A stretch of DNA of 35,702 bases from the NCBI GenBank assembly GCA_040754495.1, contig JBFMCO010000009.1:1-35702 (forward strand), read 5' to 3'. Within the stretch, counting starts at the first letter, position 1. Every line of letters starts with the position of its first letter. Positions 1-8,549 of this stretch are shown piece after piece. The position numbers were made by a program, and so were the translations under genes. Source of the DNA: Candidatus Micrarchaeota archaeon (lineage in GTDB: Archaea > Micrarchaeota > Micrarchaeia > Anstonellales > Bilamarchaeaceae). The notes beneath the pieces were generated by a model. The model was given only the letters and a program-made list of their open reading frames with translations, ran no database searches and had not been told where the DNA came from.

Positions 1-299
1 TTCTTCGAAACGTCAAGAAGCAGCCCCTCGCCCAGCACCATGTCCGAGTCTATCGAGAGAAAAATGCCGCCCCGCGCCCTGGAGAAGCCGAGGTTGCGCG
101 ACGCGGGGACCGAGCCCGGGCAGGTCATGACCTCGTCTGCGTAGCGGCGCGCTATGTCCGCCGTGCCGTCCCTGCTCATGCCGTCCACCACGATGAGCTC
201 GTAATCCCGGAACGACTGCGCCCGGATGGATTCGAGGCAGGATTGCAGGGTGGCGGCAGAGTTTCTCGCAGGGACCACTATGCTGATTGCCGGTTTCAT
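1..299 (-). CDS. Glycosyltransferase family 2 (N-terminal part; runs off the window start)
   Basis: Not in the ORF track. Manual translation from ATG at 299 gives MKPAISIVVPARNSAATLQSCLESIRAQSFRDYELIVVDGMSRDGT...SRNLG...FLSIDSD, the GT-A nucleotide-binding N-terminus with a DxD motif. GGAG lies upstream. An alternative in-frame ATG is at 314. Confidence 0.9.
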   Translation of the reverse strand, partial: MKPAISIVVPARNSAATLQSCLESIRAQSFRDYELIVVDGMSRDGTADIARRYADEVMTCPGSVPASRNLGFSRARGGIFLSIDSDMVLGEGLLLDVSK

Positions 300-390
300 C
301 GTTCTCCATTGCATATCCGGAGCCGCCAATAAAAAACGTATCGCCTGGGGGCCTGCCCGCGCTCCGGGTCCCTGGAGGCATGGAGCGAGA

Positions 391-396
391 TTAAAA
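391..396 (+). promoter_or_regulatory. TATA box, leaderless promoter of the 817-aa membrane protein
   Basis: TTAAAA ends 24 nt before the GTG at 420, the same spacing seen for many genes in this window. Confidence 0.5.
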
Positions 397-419
397 GTCT
401 GCGTTCAGAAACCCGCATT

Positions 420-2873
420 GTGAAGAAACAGAGCGGCTGGACGCACCAGCGCATAATGACCATCGCAGCGCTCCTGCTGGCCGTGGGCTACGTCCTCTAC
501 GAATACTGGCCGGTCCTTGCGCCCCTCGGCGATGGCAGGCTCGTGTTCAACTACGGGGATTTCAACACCAACATAGGCCCGGAGTCCGCGGACGCGCGCA
601 AGGAAGCGACCATGTACACGTTCTACTCGGGCGGACCCGGCTTCTTCAACAACAGGTTCCTCATGCTCGGCGGGCTGAGCATCCTGTCGGATTTCGCCCC
701 CTTTTCGGATGCGCAGTTCCACAGCGCGCTAATCCTCGTGTCGCTCCTGCTCGGGAGCTGGGGCATCTACAGGCTGGTGAGGATGTTCCACGGGCCCGGG
801 TTGCAGGCTGCGCTCCTCATGCTCGCCGTCCTGCCCTTCTATTTCATGAACCTCTGGGCGGTCGAGCGCATTGTGCATACGTGGATATGGTTCACGTACG
901 CAATCCTGCCCCTTTTCCTTTCGCTCGGGCTTTCATACGCGAAGGAGAGGAAGGGAGAAACGCTCGTGGCGTATTCCCTCCTGCTCGGCTTCTACGGCAT
1001 CATCCCGCATTCGCTCTTTTACATGCTCCTTACGCACGCAGTGGCAGTAGCATTCCTCGCATTCACCGGCAGGAAGATTGGCCCCGTCGCCCTGTTCGCG
1101 CTCACCCCCATCGCGCTCTATGCAATCCTCAACGCGCCCATCCTCGCCCTCGGGGAATTCATGGACAACCCGTATCCGATAGCGGTGGACAGGGTGAGCC
1201 CGGAGCTGCTCTCGCGCTTCGGGGAGATGACGAACCTCCTTTCCTTCTCGAACAACTGGTGGCCCCAGTTCGCGGCGGAGAAGCTGTACGTGAATCCGGT
1301 TTTCAGGCTCTCCGGGCTCGCGTTCTTCATCATGGTTTTTTCCGTCTTCCCTCTTGCTTACGGGCGCCTGGAGCGGGAGCGGAAAGCGCTCGCGCTGCTC
1401 TGCCTCCTTGCCGTCCTCGGCGCGATGTTCCTCGCCCTCGGCACCAACAACACGATTGTCGCATGGGGCGTGGAAAAACTCTCGAAGGCCGGCTTCGGGA
1501 GCATCCTGGGAATCCTCAGGGAATGGGCGCGCATGAGCCTCATGATTCCGGTTTTCGCGTCAACGGCCCTTATCCTCGGCGCAGGCGGGCTGGATGGGAG
1601 GGCGCGGCTGATTTTCCCGGCCCTGCTGCTGGCTGTCGCCGCGCTCAACATCGCCCCCTCCCCGGCCCAGGAGTACCTGGAAGACAAGTACGCCGCTCAC
1701 CTGCTTCCGGACGCATACTACGCGCTCGCCGCGGAGGCCGAGGGCGGCGGCAAGGCGATGTTCATGAACACCGGCATCGAGGTCGTGAGGCACCAGGGGA
1801 TAGACAGGTACAGCACGCGCGACCGGGTGTTGATGGACATCTTCGCCTCAGGCTTCCTGCCAGAGCCCCTTCTCGACGCGCTCGATGCAAGGAATATAAT
1901 CCTGAGCAAAGCCAGCGGCTACGGCACGCTGCCCTGCGAGCGGTTCGCGGATTACACGCTCTGCCGGAACGAGGGGAGGGGCAGGTTCTTCGCGTACGCA
2001 GGGACGATAGCTGACCTCACTGAAGGCAGGAAGCTCGCTTCGGCCATGTTCCCTGCGCAGGATACGCTCGCGCTCGCCTCCGGCCCGGACCCGGCGGCAA
2101 GGCTCTTCCTTGCGGATGGTGAGAGCTTCAGGAACGGCACTGCGCAGGCAACCGGGACGCAGATGTACATACTCGAAGCTGAAACGGACTCCCGCACCAA
2201 CGGAAGCGCGAAGAAGCTTGGCGGCATTCCCGGCCAGAGCGGGGGAGGCATCATAGCGTTCACCGAAAACGGGACCGCGTCTTTCGCGCCGCGCATCGCA
2301 AGGGACGGGCAGTTCATGCTCGCGCTCAGAGGGAGCGGGGAACTGGAAGCGCATGCAGGCGGCAGGCCGGTGCAGCTCTCGGACGGGCCGTGGGGATTCC
2401 GCTACGGGGGGCCGTTCAATCTCAGCGGCGGGGAAAGGACGCTCGAAGTCAATGGCAGCGACGGGGCGGGCTTGGACGTGGTCTGGCTTTATGAGGGAAA
2501 TGAAAGCCCTGATGCGCTTTTTTCCGGGAACGCCCCTGCCCGCGTCCTTGACTATCGTAGCATAGACCCCACCAGATGGAGCGTTTCCGTGGAGGCGTCC
2601 GGCCCGTTCCTGCTCGCCTTCGCAGAAACCCACGCGCCCAGGTATGAGGCGAGGATATACAGGGACGGCAAGCGCATCGGGACCGCATACCCGGAGAAAA
2701 TCTTCGGCCTGATGAACGGCTACTGGATAAACGAGACCGGGAAGCTTGATATAGAAGTCGTTTACGCGCCGCAGGAAACCTACGAGGCCTGGCTTGCAGT
2801 GACTCAGGCTGTGCTCGCGCTCTGCGTGGCATACATAGCATTCTGCACGGCACGGAGATGGAAGCATGGATGA
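420..2873 (+). CDS. Polytopic membrane protein, GT-C-like (YfhO/AftD-like) with extracellular carbohydrate-binding-like domain
   Basis: About 11-13 hydrophobic segments in the N-terminal half. A beta-sandwich-like segment (YILEAE...SGG...LSGGERTLEV...LDVVWLY) resembles CBM6/35. The C-terminus is YfhO-like (SVSVEASGPFLLAFAET...GLMNGYWI...YAPQ plus a final TM). It has many N-x-S/T sequons. Confidence 0.65.
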   Translation: MKKQSGWTHQRIMTIAALLLAVGYVLYEYWPVLAPLGDGRLVFNYGDFNTNIGPESADARKEATMYTFYSGGPGFFNNRFLMLGGLSILSDFAPFSDAQFHSALILVSLLLGSWGIYRLVRMFHGPGLQAALLMLAVLPFYFMNLWAVERIVHTWIWFTYAILPLFLSLGLSYAKERKGETLVAYSLLLGFYGIIPHSLFYMLLTHAVAVAFLAFTGRKIGPVALFALTPIALYAILNAPILALGEFMDNPYPIAVDRVSPELLSRFGEMTNLLSFSNNWWPQFAAEKLYVNPVFRLSGLAFFIMVFSVFPLAYGRLERERKALALLCLLAVLGAMFLALGTNNTIVAWGVEKLSKAGFGSILGILREWARMSLMIPVFASTALILGAGGLDGRARLIFPALLLAVAALNIAPSPAQEYLEDKYAAHLLPDAYYALAAEAEGGGKAMFMNTGIEVVRHQGIDRYSTRDRVLMDIFASGFLPEPLLDALDARNIILSKASGYGTLPCERFADYTLCRNEGRGRFFAYAGTIADLTEGRKLASAMFPAQDTLALASGPDPAARLFLADGESFRNGTAQATGTQMYILEAETDSRTNGSAKKLGGIPGQSGGGIIAFTENGTASFAPRIARDGQFMLALRGSGELEAHAGGRPVQLSDGPWGFRYGGPFNLSGGERTLEVNGSDGAGLDVVWLYEGNESPDALFSGNAPARVLDYRSIDPTRWSVSVEASGPFLLAFAETHAPRYEARIYRDGKRIGTAYPEKIFGLMNGYWINETGKLDIEVVYAPQETYEAWLAVTQAVLALCVAYIAFCTARRWKHG

Positions 2874-3216
2874 GAACAAGGTCTCGGAATTCATCTTCGC
2901 CAACGCGCCGCTCATCTGGCCGGCTGCGGCCATAGCGGCATCGCTCCTGCTTGCAGGAGGCAGCACGTGGCTGGCCGCGGCAGCATACCTAAGCCTGGCC
3001 GCCCTGTTCATCCATGGGAAGTGGGACGCGAGGCCGCTGTTCTCATACGGCCTGCTCATGCTGCTTGCGAGCGCCATAACCGGATTCAACGGCGACACGT
3101 CCGACAGGATTGCCGAAAACGCGTACTGGCTGTTCGTTGCCGGGCTGGCGAGGCTGGCCCATGGATACATTTCTGAAAAGAAGGCGGAACAGCCGAAGGC
3201 GCCCCGGCGGAAATGA
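2866..3216 (+). CDS. Small membrane protein (3-4 TM), coupled to the GT-C-like gene
   Basis: Overlaps the upstream gene by 8 nt. Hydrophobic helices, motif DRIAENAYWLFVAG, basic C-terminal tail. Confidence 0.7.
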   Translation: MDENKVSEFIFANAPLIWPAAAIAASLLLAGGSTWLAAAAYLSLAALFIHGKWDARPLFSYGLLMLLASAITGFNGDTSDRIAENAYWLFVAGLARLAHGYISEKKAEQPKAPRRK

Positions 3217-3221
3217 GCGCC

Positions 3222-4313
3222 TCATTTTTCGCGCAGGGCTTCTTCGAGGATGGACTCTGCCTCCTCAGCTGCATTCTCCCAGCTGAATCCGCCCGCGAAT
3301 GCGGCTGAAGACGCCGAGAGCCCCCTGAGCCGCCCCCTGTCATCGAGGAGGGCCACTGCCGCCTCCGCCATGCGCGCGTAATCGCCATCCGGGACAAGAG
3401 CGCCGTTGATTCCGTCCCGGATGCTGTCCCGCAGGCCGGGCACGTCGTATCCTATCACGGGAGTAGAGCAGGCGTTGCATTCAAGGACGACAAGGCCCCA
3501 CCCCTCGCGCACTGCCGGGAACAGCATCAGGTGCGCCTTCGACATGAGCTCTGCTTTCTTCTGCTGGCTTACCTTCCCGAAAAACTCGACCGAGCCTTCA
3601 AGCCCGTCTTCGCGCGCGGACTTCCTGAGCCTTTCCTCCTCAGGCCCGCTTCCTGCGACCCACAGCCGCGCACCCGGAACCCGCTCCCGAATGAGCCTGA
3701 GCGCTGAAAGCGCATGGTCGACCCGCTTGGAGCGCGTGAGCCTCCCTATATACAGGAGCGTCGGCGCCGTTTCCTTCGGCCCGGCCGCCGGCTCCACATC
3801 CGGCGCACCGTGCACCACGCGGACATCCCTGAACCCCAGCCGGAGCAGGTCGCTCCTGGTGGAAGGCGAGGGCGCAATCGCCGTGCGGCCGCGGTAGAGC
3901 CGCAGCATCGGGTCCTCGAGATGGTATCCTGCGAATGCCAGCGGAAGCGATATGCCGGAATACCAGTTCTCCCTCGTGAGCTGGTGGATGAGCGGGAATA
4001 CCGGCTCTTTGGCGAAAAGCGCGGTGAAGAACGGCGGGCCGTTGATGCTCTCGATGATTGCGTCGAACCTGCCCTGTACGTACTTCCTGTAGCACAGGAG
4101 CGCCTTCGGGTAGATGAGGAAGCGGCCGCCATACCTTACATGCCTGATGCCGTCTATGCTCTCCTGCGCCTTCGCCCCGGGGTAGGAGGACGTGAAAAGC
4201 GCGACTGAATGCCCGCGGGCGGCGAGGCGCTTCATGATCTGGTGCACGTAGACCTCGGCCCCGCCCGCGGCAGGGTTCCTTATGTCCCGCCAGTTGAAGA
4301 AAGCGATGCGCAT
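3222..4313 (-). CDS. Glycosyltransferase family 4 (GT-B)
   Basis: N-terminal NWRDIRNPAAGGAE, central YIGRL...KRVD, and the EGWGLVVLECNACSTPVI (Ex7E) motif. Confidence 0.93.
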   Translation of the reverse strand: MRIAFFNWRDIRNPAAGGAEVYVHQIMKRLAARGHSVALFTSSYPGAKAQESIDGIRHVRYGGRFLIYPKALLCYRKYVQGRFDAIIESINGPPFFTALFAKEPVFPLIHQLTRENWYSGISLPLAFAGYHLEDPMLRLYRGRTAIAPSPSTRSDLLRLGFRDVRVVHGAPDVEPAAGPKETAPTLLYIGRLTRSKRVDHALSALRLIRERVPGARLWVAGSGPEEERLRKSAREDGLEGSVEFFGKVSQQKKAELMSKAHLMLFPAVREGWGLVVLECNACSTPVIGYDVPGLRDSIRDGINGALVPDGDYARMAEAAVALLDDRGRLRGLSASSAAFAGGFSWENAAEEAESILEEALREK

Positions 4314-4335
4314 CGGAGGGATATCGCGATGAAGA

Positions 4336-4343
4336 TATTAAAA
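4336..4343 (-). promoter_or_regulatory. TATA box of the GT4 gene
   Basis: Minus-strand TTTTAATA lies 23 nt before the ATG at 4313. Confidence 0.5.
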
Positions 4344-4416
4344 GCGGTCAGGGGAGGGCGCCGGGAGTTCCGGACTTCTTCTGACACCCGGGCATCTCAC
4401 AGGTGGTTTTCAGCAT

Positions 4417-4458
4417 CCGGCAGCCAGTTGCCGGAAACCGGATACCGGCAACCACGGG
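4417..4458. repeat. Degenerate heptamer tandem array with hairpin potential
   Basis: CCGGCAG CCAGTTG CCGGAAA CCGGATA CCGGCAA CCACGGG. Contains the inverted repeat GTTGCCGG...CCGGCAAC. Confidence 0.55.
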
Positions 4459-4481
4459 GCAAAGGATAATTGCTTGCGGCT

Positions 4482-5957
4482 TTACCGGCTCCCTGCCATG
4501 CGCCTCAGCGCGGCCCTTGTAGAGGCACCGAGCAGTTTTTTTCCGGGGATGCGCCTGCCTGGCCAAATGGCCGTGCCGTCCATGTATCCGGGCACATCCG
4601 TTGAGAAGTAGGACAGGATTGTCGGCGCTACGTCCATCACCGAGCGCTCCTGGATTTCGCCCTGCGCCCTGAATCCGTCCCCCCATGCGATGAAAACGCC
4701 GCTCTTGCGGTGGGTGCCGTCCTTCTCCTTCCCGGGCTTGATGGGGCTGGAGATGCCGCTTGCGAGGGTGGTCGAGAGAAGGACGTCGTCCTCGGGTATC
4801 ACGAGCAGCGCCGGAGCCTTCCCGGTTTCAGGGCCGAAATAGATGTCCTCCCTCCGATAAACCTCCCTGACCATGGGCCTGCCTTCCCAGTCCTTCGCGC
4901 AAAGAATCGCCTGCCGGACTTCTTCCGCGCGGGCCGCGTCTTCGAGGGCAACCCCGCCGTCGTTGGAAAAAAGGAACGCGGCACTCCCCTTGAGGTCTAT
5001 GCGCTCGCAGACGTCAGCCCCGGGGAGAAGCATGATGCCGGCGTTGACCGCCTTCCCGACCTTTTTCAGGAGCGGCATGGCAGGGGCTAGCGGCGACAGG
5101 AGGGATGCGGCGCGCCTGCCAAGCAGGTGTGGCCGCTCCCTCAGGAGCCCGCGCCCGCGCAGCAGCGAATTCAGGTAAAGCTTGCGCCGCGCGGGAGCGA
5201 ATCCGTGGTCCGACACGACCATGACGTCGCAGCCCATGGCCAGCGCCTCCCCGAGGAAGCGGTCCGCGGCGGCGTACGCCTTGGCGATTTCAGTGCCTTC
5301 CTTCCGCGCCGCGGCCATGAACTCGTGCATGAAGAAATGCTGCAGCCAGTCGGTTGCCGAGAATACGACGACCGCAAGCTCCCAGTCCCTGCCCTTCATC
5401 AGGTGCAGGGCCGCCTTCGCCTTCATGTCCATGTTCCGGAGAAGCGCGGCCGAAAGCGCGGCGCGGTCTTTTATGTCCGCGCCCTTGAGCAGCTTCCCGA
5501 GCCCGGCCGGCCATGCCTCGAAATCCGGCACCGCCCTCCGGATATCCGCTTCGGCCCCGGCAGGGCTGCAGAAGCCTTTTCCGGGGGACGGGAAGCCGGA
5601 GACGACGACCGCGTTCGGGCATGGGCGCGGGGGATAGGAGCATGGGACGTTGAATGCGATTGCCTTATGGCTGCGGAGGAGCTCCCAGACGTATGGCATC
5701 CGGTTGCCCCCGCTAAGGGCAGTGCGGCCGCCCGAGTATTTCACGAAATCGAAAACGCCGTGCTTGCCCGGGTTCACGCCGGTGAACATGCTCGTCCAGG
5801 CCGGGGGCGTGAGCGCAGGCAGGGTGGAGCGCAGGGCCGCCACGGTCCCTGAGCCGCTGATGCGCCGGAAATTGGGAAGCGCCCCGGATTCGATGAGAGG
5901 GCGGAGGATGCTCCAGTCGGCGCCGTCGAGCCCGAGCACCACCAGTCTGGCTGCCAT
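4482..5957 (-). CDS. AlkP-superfamily protein (nucleotide pyrophosphatase/phosphodiesterase-like, COG3379 type), paralog 1
   Basis: VLGLDGADW, STLPALTPPAWTSMFTG (Thr nucleophile), TDWLQH, SDHG and THRKSG motifs. Start placed at ATG 5957, 24 nt from the TATA box. Confidence 0.88.
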   Translation of the reverse strand: MAARLVVLGLDGADWSILRPLIESGALPNFRRISGSGTVAALRSTLPALTPPAWTSMFTGVNPGKHGVFDFVKYSGGRTALSGGNRMPYVWELLRSHKAIAFNVPCSYPPRPCPNAVVVSGFPSPGKGFCSPAGAEADIRRAVPDFEAWPAGLGKLLKGADIKDRAALSAALLRNMDMKAKAALHLMKGRDWELAVVVFSATDWLQHFFMHEFMAAARKEGTEIAKAYAAADRFLGEALAMGCDVMVVSDHGFAPARRKLYLNSLLRGRGLLRERPHLLGRRAASLLSPLAPAMPLLKKVGKAVNAGIMLLPGADVCERIDLKGSAAFLFSNDGGVALEDAARAEEVRQAILCAKDWEGRPMVREVYRREDIYFGPETGKAPALLVIPEDDVLLSTTLASGISSPIKPGKEKDGTHRKSGVFIAWGDGFRAQGEIQERSVMDVAPTILSYFSTDVPGYMDGTAIWPGRRIPGKKLLGASTRAALRRMAGSR

Positions 5958-5980
5958 AGGCCTGTTCCATCCAAGAAACA

Positions 5981-5987
5981 TTTTAAA
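5981..5987. promoter_or_regulatory. Near-palindromic TATA box shared by divergent genes
   Basis: TTTTAAA lies 24 nt from ATG 5957 (-) and 23 nt from ATG 6010 (+). Confidence 0.6.
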
Positions 5988-6009
5988 CCAGCCCTCCTCA
6001 GGTTATGTG

Positions 6010-7236
6010 ATGAGGGACGGCTGGAAAACGGAGGGGCCCGCGCTGGACGAGCTGGTCCTCGGGACGAAAGACGGGCGGAAGGGGAAGAGGGCGCTCGCAA
6101 TCGTCATCACTTCGTTCCAGGCGCGCGAGAGCCTCGCGGAGCACCTTAGGCGCCTTTCCCGCCAGAGCAGGAAGGATTTCGACATAATCGCGGTTTACGG
6201 CGAAAAGGACGAGTTCCTGGAAACGCCGGGATGGGCCGGGGTTCTCCATGTGCGCGAGAAAGGCAGGATGGGCTGCGCAGGGGCGAATTACATCGGGCAG
6301 AAGATAGCCCTGCAGGAGGGGTATGAAAGCGTAATCCTCGCGGACGACGACTGCATGCCGGTTTCGGACGACCTCGTGGAGAAGCTCGCAGGCTCGCCTG
6401 GCGACTGCGCGATGCCCAACGCCGGATACGGGAGGCAGGAGGCGGTTCCCGGATTCATCATCCACCACTACGGCATCCTGCGGCGCGGGGTGCTTGAGAA
6501 GGCCGGCCTCACGTACCTCCCTTTCGGAAACGGCGGGGAGGACCTTGAGCTAATCGACCGCATCAGGAAGGCAGGGATGAATTTCTCGCAGGCCGATGCC
6601 CGGGTTTCGCATCCTGCGCCCGCGCCGATGATGCTCGAGGGCGGGGGGCGTCTTTTCCATTATCAGCGGGGCCTCCTGCTGTACCGGCTCATATGCCGGA
6701 TGCGCGTTTCCGCGCTGAGGTACATCGCCTACAGCCTTCTTTCAGGCCTGCTCATGGCATGCGCCGGGGACCGCGGACGCGGGGTGCTGGTTTTCCGCGC
6801 GCTCTGGGCCGGAAGCGGGATGAGGATGTTCAGGGAGGAGGTCAGCGGCCCGGAGAAGGCTTCGCCCCTGCCGGCAGAGGATGGATATGAGAGGGTGGAG
6901 CCGGAAGGAGGGGATGCGGTTGCAGCCATCCGGATGCTGCCTTCGCTGCCAGGGCTTTTCGGAAAGCGGATTCTCCTTTGCAGGACTTCCAGGCCGCACG
7001 CGGTGCGGGACCTGGCGCCCCTTCTCATGGCCCGGGGCTCCGCAATCGAGCATGACGGGAAGGCATACGCTTTCGGAAAGGAGCGTGGCCTGGCGCACAT
7101 TGCGGCCGGCATCATCCTCGCGCTCTTTCTGGTGCCCCTCATCCTGCCTGCCGCGCTCATGCTGTGGGCCCGCGGAATCGTCTGCAGGGAGCTTTCCGGG
7201 ATAGACACGGCAGGATATGGCGTCCGCGGCCGCTAG
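6010..7236 (+). CDS. GT2-family glycosyltransferase with C-terminal membrane segments, paralog A
   Basis: AIVITSF, GCAGANYIG, ILADDDC and GGEDLE motifs. The true start is at 6010; the ORF-track extension to 5650 overlaps the opposite-strand gene. Confidence 0.8.
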   Translation: MRDGWKTEGPALDELVLGTKDGRKGKRALAIVITSFQARESLAEHLRRLSRQSRKDFDIIAVYGEKDEFLETPGWAGVLHVREKGRMGCAGANYIGQKIALQEGYESVILADDDCMPVSDDLVEKLAGSPGDCAMPNAGYGRQEAVPGFIIHHYGILRRGVLEKAGLTYLPFGNGGEDLELIDRIRKAGMNFSQADARVSHPAPAPMMLEGGGRLFHYQRGLLLYRLICRMRVSALRYIAYSLLSGLLMACAGDRGRGVLVFRALWAGSGMRMFREEVSGPEKASPLPAEDGYERVEPEGGDAVAAIRMLPSLPGLFGKRILLCRTSRPHAVRDLAPLLMARGSAIEHDGKAYAFGKERGLAHIAAGIILALFLVPLILPAALMLWARGIVCRELSGIDTAGYGVRGR

Positions 7237-8498
7237 CCGGGTTTTGCGACCTTGGACACCACGGTCCTGAGCTTGCCTTCAGTCTTCTGCAGGCGCGGGG
7301 GCTCCTCGAACTCGACGCTCACGCGCTCGCCGAGGCAGGCGCCGAGTATGCGCTTCCTCACCTCGCGGCGCGATTCCTCAGGGAACCCTGAAGGCGCCGG
7401 GACGAGCCTGAAGACGAAATGGTCCGGGCGCTCCTGGACGAGCTGGTAGGCGAGCAGGCCCGGGATGCCGTCCATTATGTCGAAAGAGACAGGGGAGCGC
7501 TCCCGCCCGGAAGGAAGGACTATGAAATCGTTGTCGCGCCCCTCGAGGGATTTCAGGACCGGCAGGCTCCGCCCGCAAGGGCAGTCATTGCCCCAGCTCC
7601 CGCGGTCGCCGATGCGGTATCTCAGCAGGGGCATGGCCTGGTTGGATAGCGAGGTGACGAGGATGTCGCCGCTGCCGCTTTTTTTCGGCCTCCCCCGTGC
7701 ATCCGCAATCTCAAGCAGGCACGATGGCGCGCACACGTGCAGCCTCTTCTCTTCAGGGCACTCGAAAGCCAGCGTGCCGAATTCCACGCACCCGTATTGC
7801 TGGAACACCCTGCCGGAAAACGACTCCTCAAGAAGCCTCCTGCGGCCCGCGCTAAGCGTTTCGGCCCCGCAGAAGACGGATTTGAGGCGCAGGCGCGGCC
7901 CGGAGGCCAGATTGAGGCGGGCGAGCACTGCGAGCGTGGAAGGGTACCATCCGAGGATATCGGGCCTCCCGCGCCGAAGCAGCTCCAGGTTGCGTGACTC
8001 GTCCTCGAAAACCGAGAGCGGGAGCTTCCTGAAAAGCCCGAAGGCAGGAAGGAGAGGGAGCGTGTGGCACGGCCTGACCGAAATCTCCGCGAAAAGGTCG
8101 AAGGGCGTGCGCCCGAACTCGGTCTGCACAAGCCCGAGCGTTGCGGTCCTCTGGTCCGCAGCGTCCTGGTCGAGGCAGAGGCGCAGGGGCGTGCCCGTCG
8201 AGCCGGACGTGCTTATTGGATAAAGTTTCCTCCCGGAATCCGGTGCCATGAACGACTGCATGCCGCCCTGCACCTGCCCCTTCAGGGTGGGCGGCAGAAG
8301 CGAGATGTCGGATTCCAGCTCCTCCGGCGTGATGGAGAGCCCGTCCATGAGCCGGCCGTAGTACGGAGTCGAGAGAGCGCGGCGCACGATTGCCCCGAGG
8401 CGCCGGCGCTGGAGGCGCACGAGCGAGTCCCGGCCCGCCCACTGCGCGTTGCGCAACTCAAGGAAGCGCCCGAGGACGCCGAGCATTCGGGCATGCAT
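7233..8498 (-). CDS. CapK/PaaK-like adenylate-forming (ANL superfamily) ligase, paralog 1
   Basis: STSGSTGTP P-loop, QYGCVEFG, PLLRYRIGD, GRDND and C-terminal KLRTVVS. Confidence 0.88.
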   Translation of the reverse strand: MHARMLGVLGRFLELRNAQWAGRDSLVRLQRRRLGAIVRRALSTPYYGRLMDGLSITPEELESDISLLPPTLKGQVQGGMQSFMAPDSGRKLYPISTSGSTGTPLRLCLDQDAADQRTATLGLVQTEFGRTPFDLFAEISVRPCHTLPLLPAFGLFRKLPLSVFEDESRNLELLRRGRPDILGWYPSTLAVLARLNLASGPRLRLKSVFCGAETLSAGRRRLLEESFSGRVFQQYGCVEFGTLAFECPEEKRLHVCAPSCLLEIADARGRPKKSGSGDILVTSLSNQAMPLLRYRIGDRGSWGNDCPCGRSLPVLKSLEGRDNDFIVLPSGRERSPVSFDIMDGIPGLLAYQLVQERPDHFVFRLVPAPSGFPEESRREVRKRILGACLGERVSVEFEEPPRLQKTEGKLRTVVSKVAKPG

Positions 8499-8517
8499 GA
8501 ATTGATTTCGATGCATG

Positions 8518-8525
8518 TTTTAAAA
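8518..8525. promoter_or_regulatory. Palindromic TATA box shared by divergent genes
   Basis: TTTTAAAA lies 20 nt from ATG 8498 (-) and 25 nt from ATG 8550 (+). Confidence 0.6.
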
Positions 8526-8549
8526 AAACGGAAGCAAAGAGTGGATGTG

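Noticed and set aside
1848-3170. Long shadow ORFs (1848..3170, 881..2014, 10585..12165, 29027..30337, 31202..32086, 33093..34046)
   Set aside because: Antisense or alternative frames of well-supported genes. They are Arg/Pro/Ala-rich with no motifs, as expected at high GC.
5650-6009. N-terminal extensions of ORF-track calls (5650, 8064, 19604, 20596, 28614, 29197)
   Set aside because: Some overlap neighbouring genes, and all lack family motifs and extend past TATA, SD or stop-overlap-supported starts. They are artefacts of choosing the longest ORF in GC-rich DNA.
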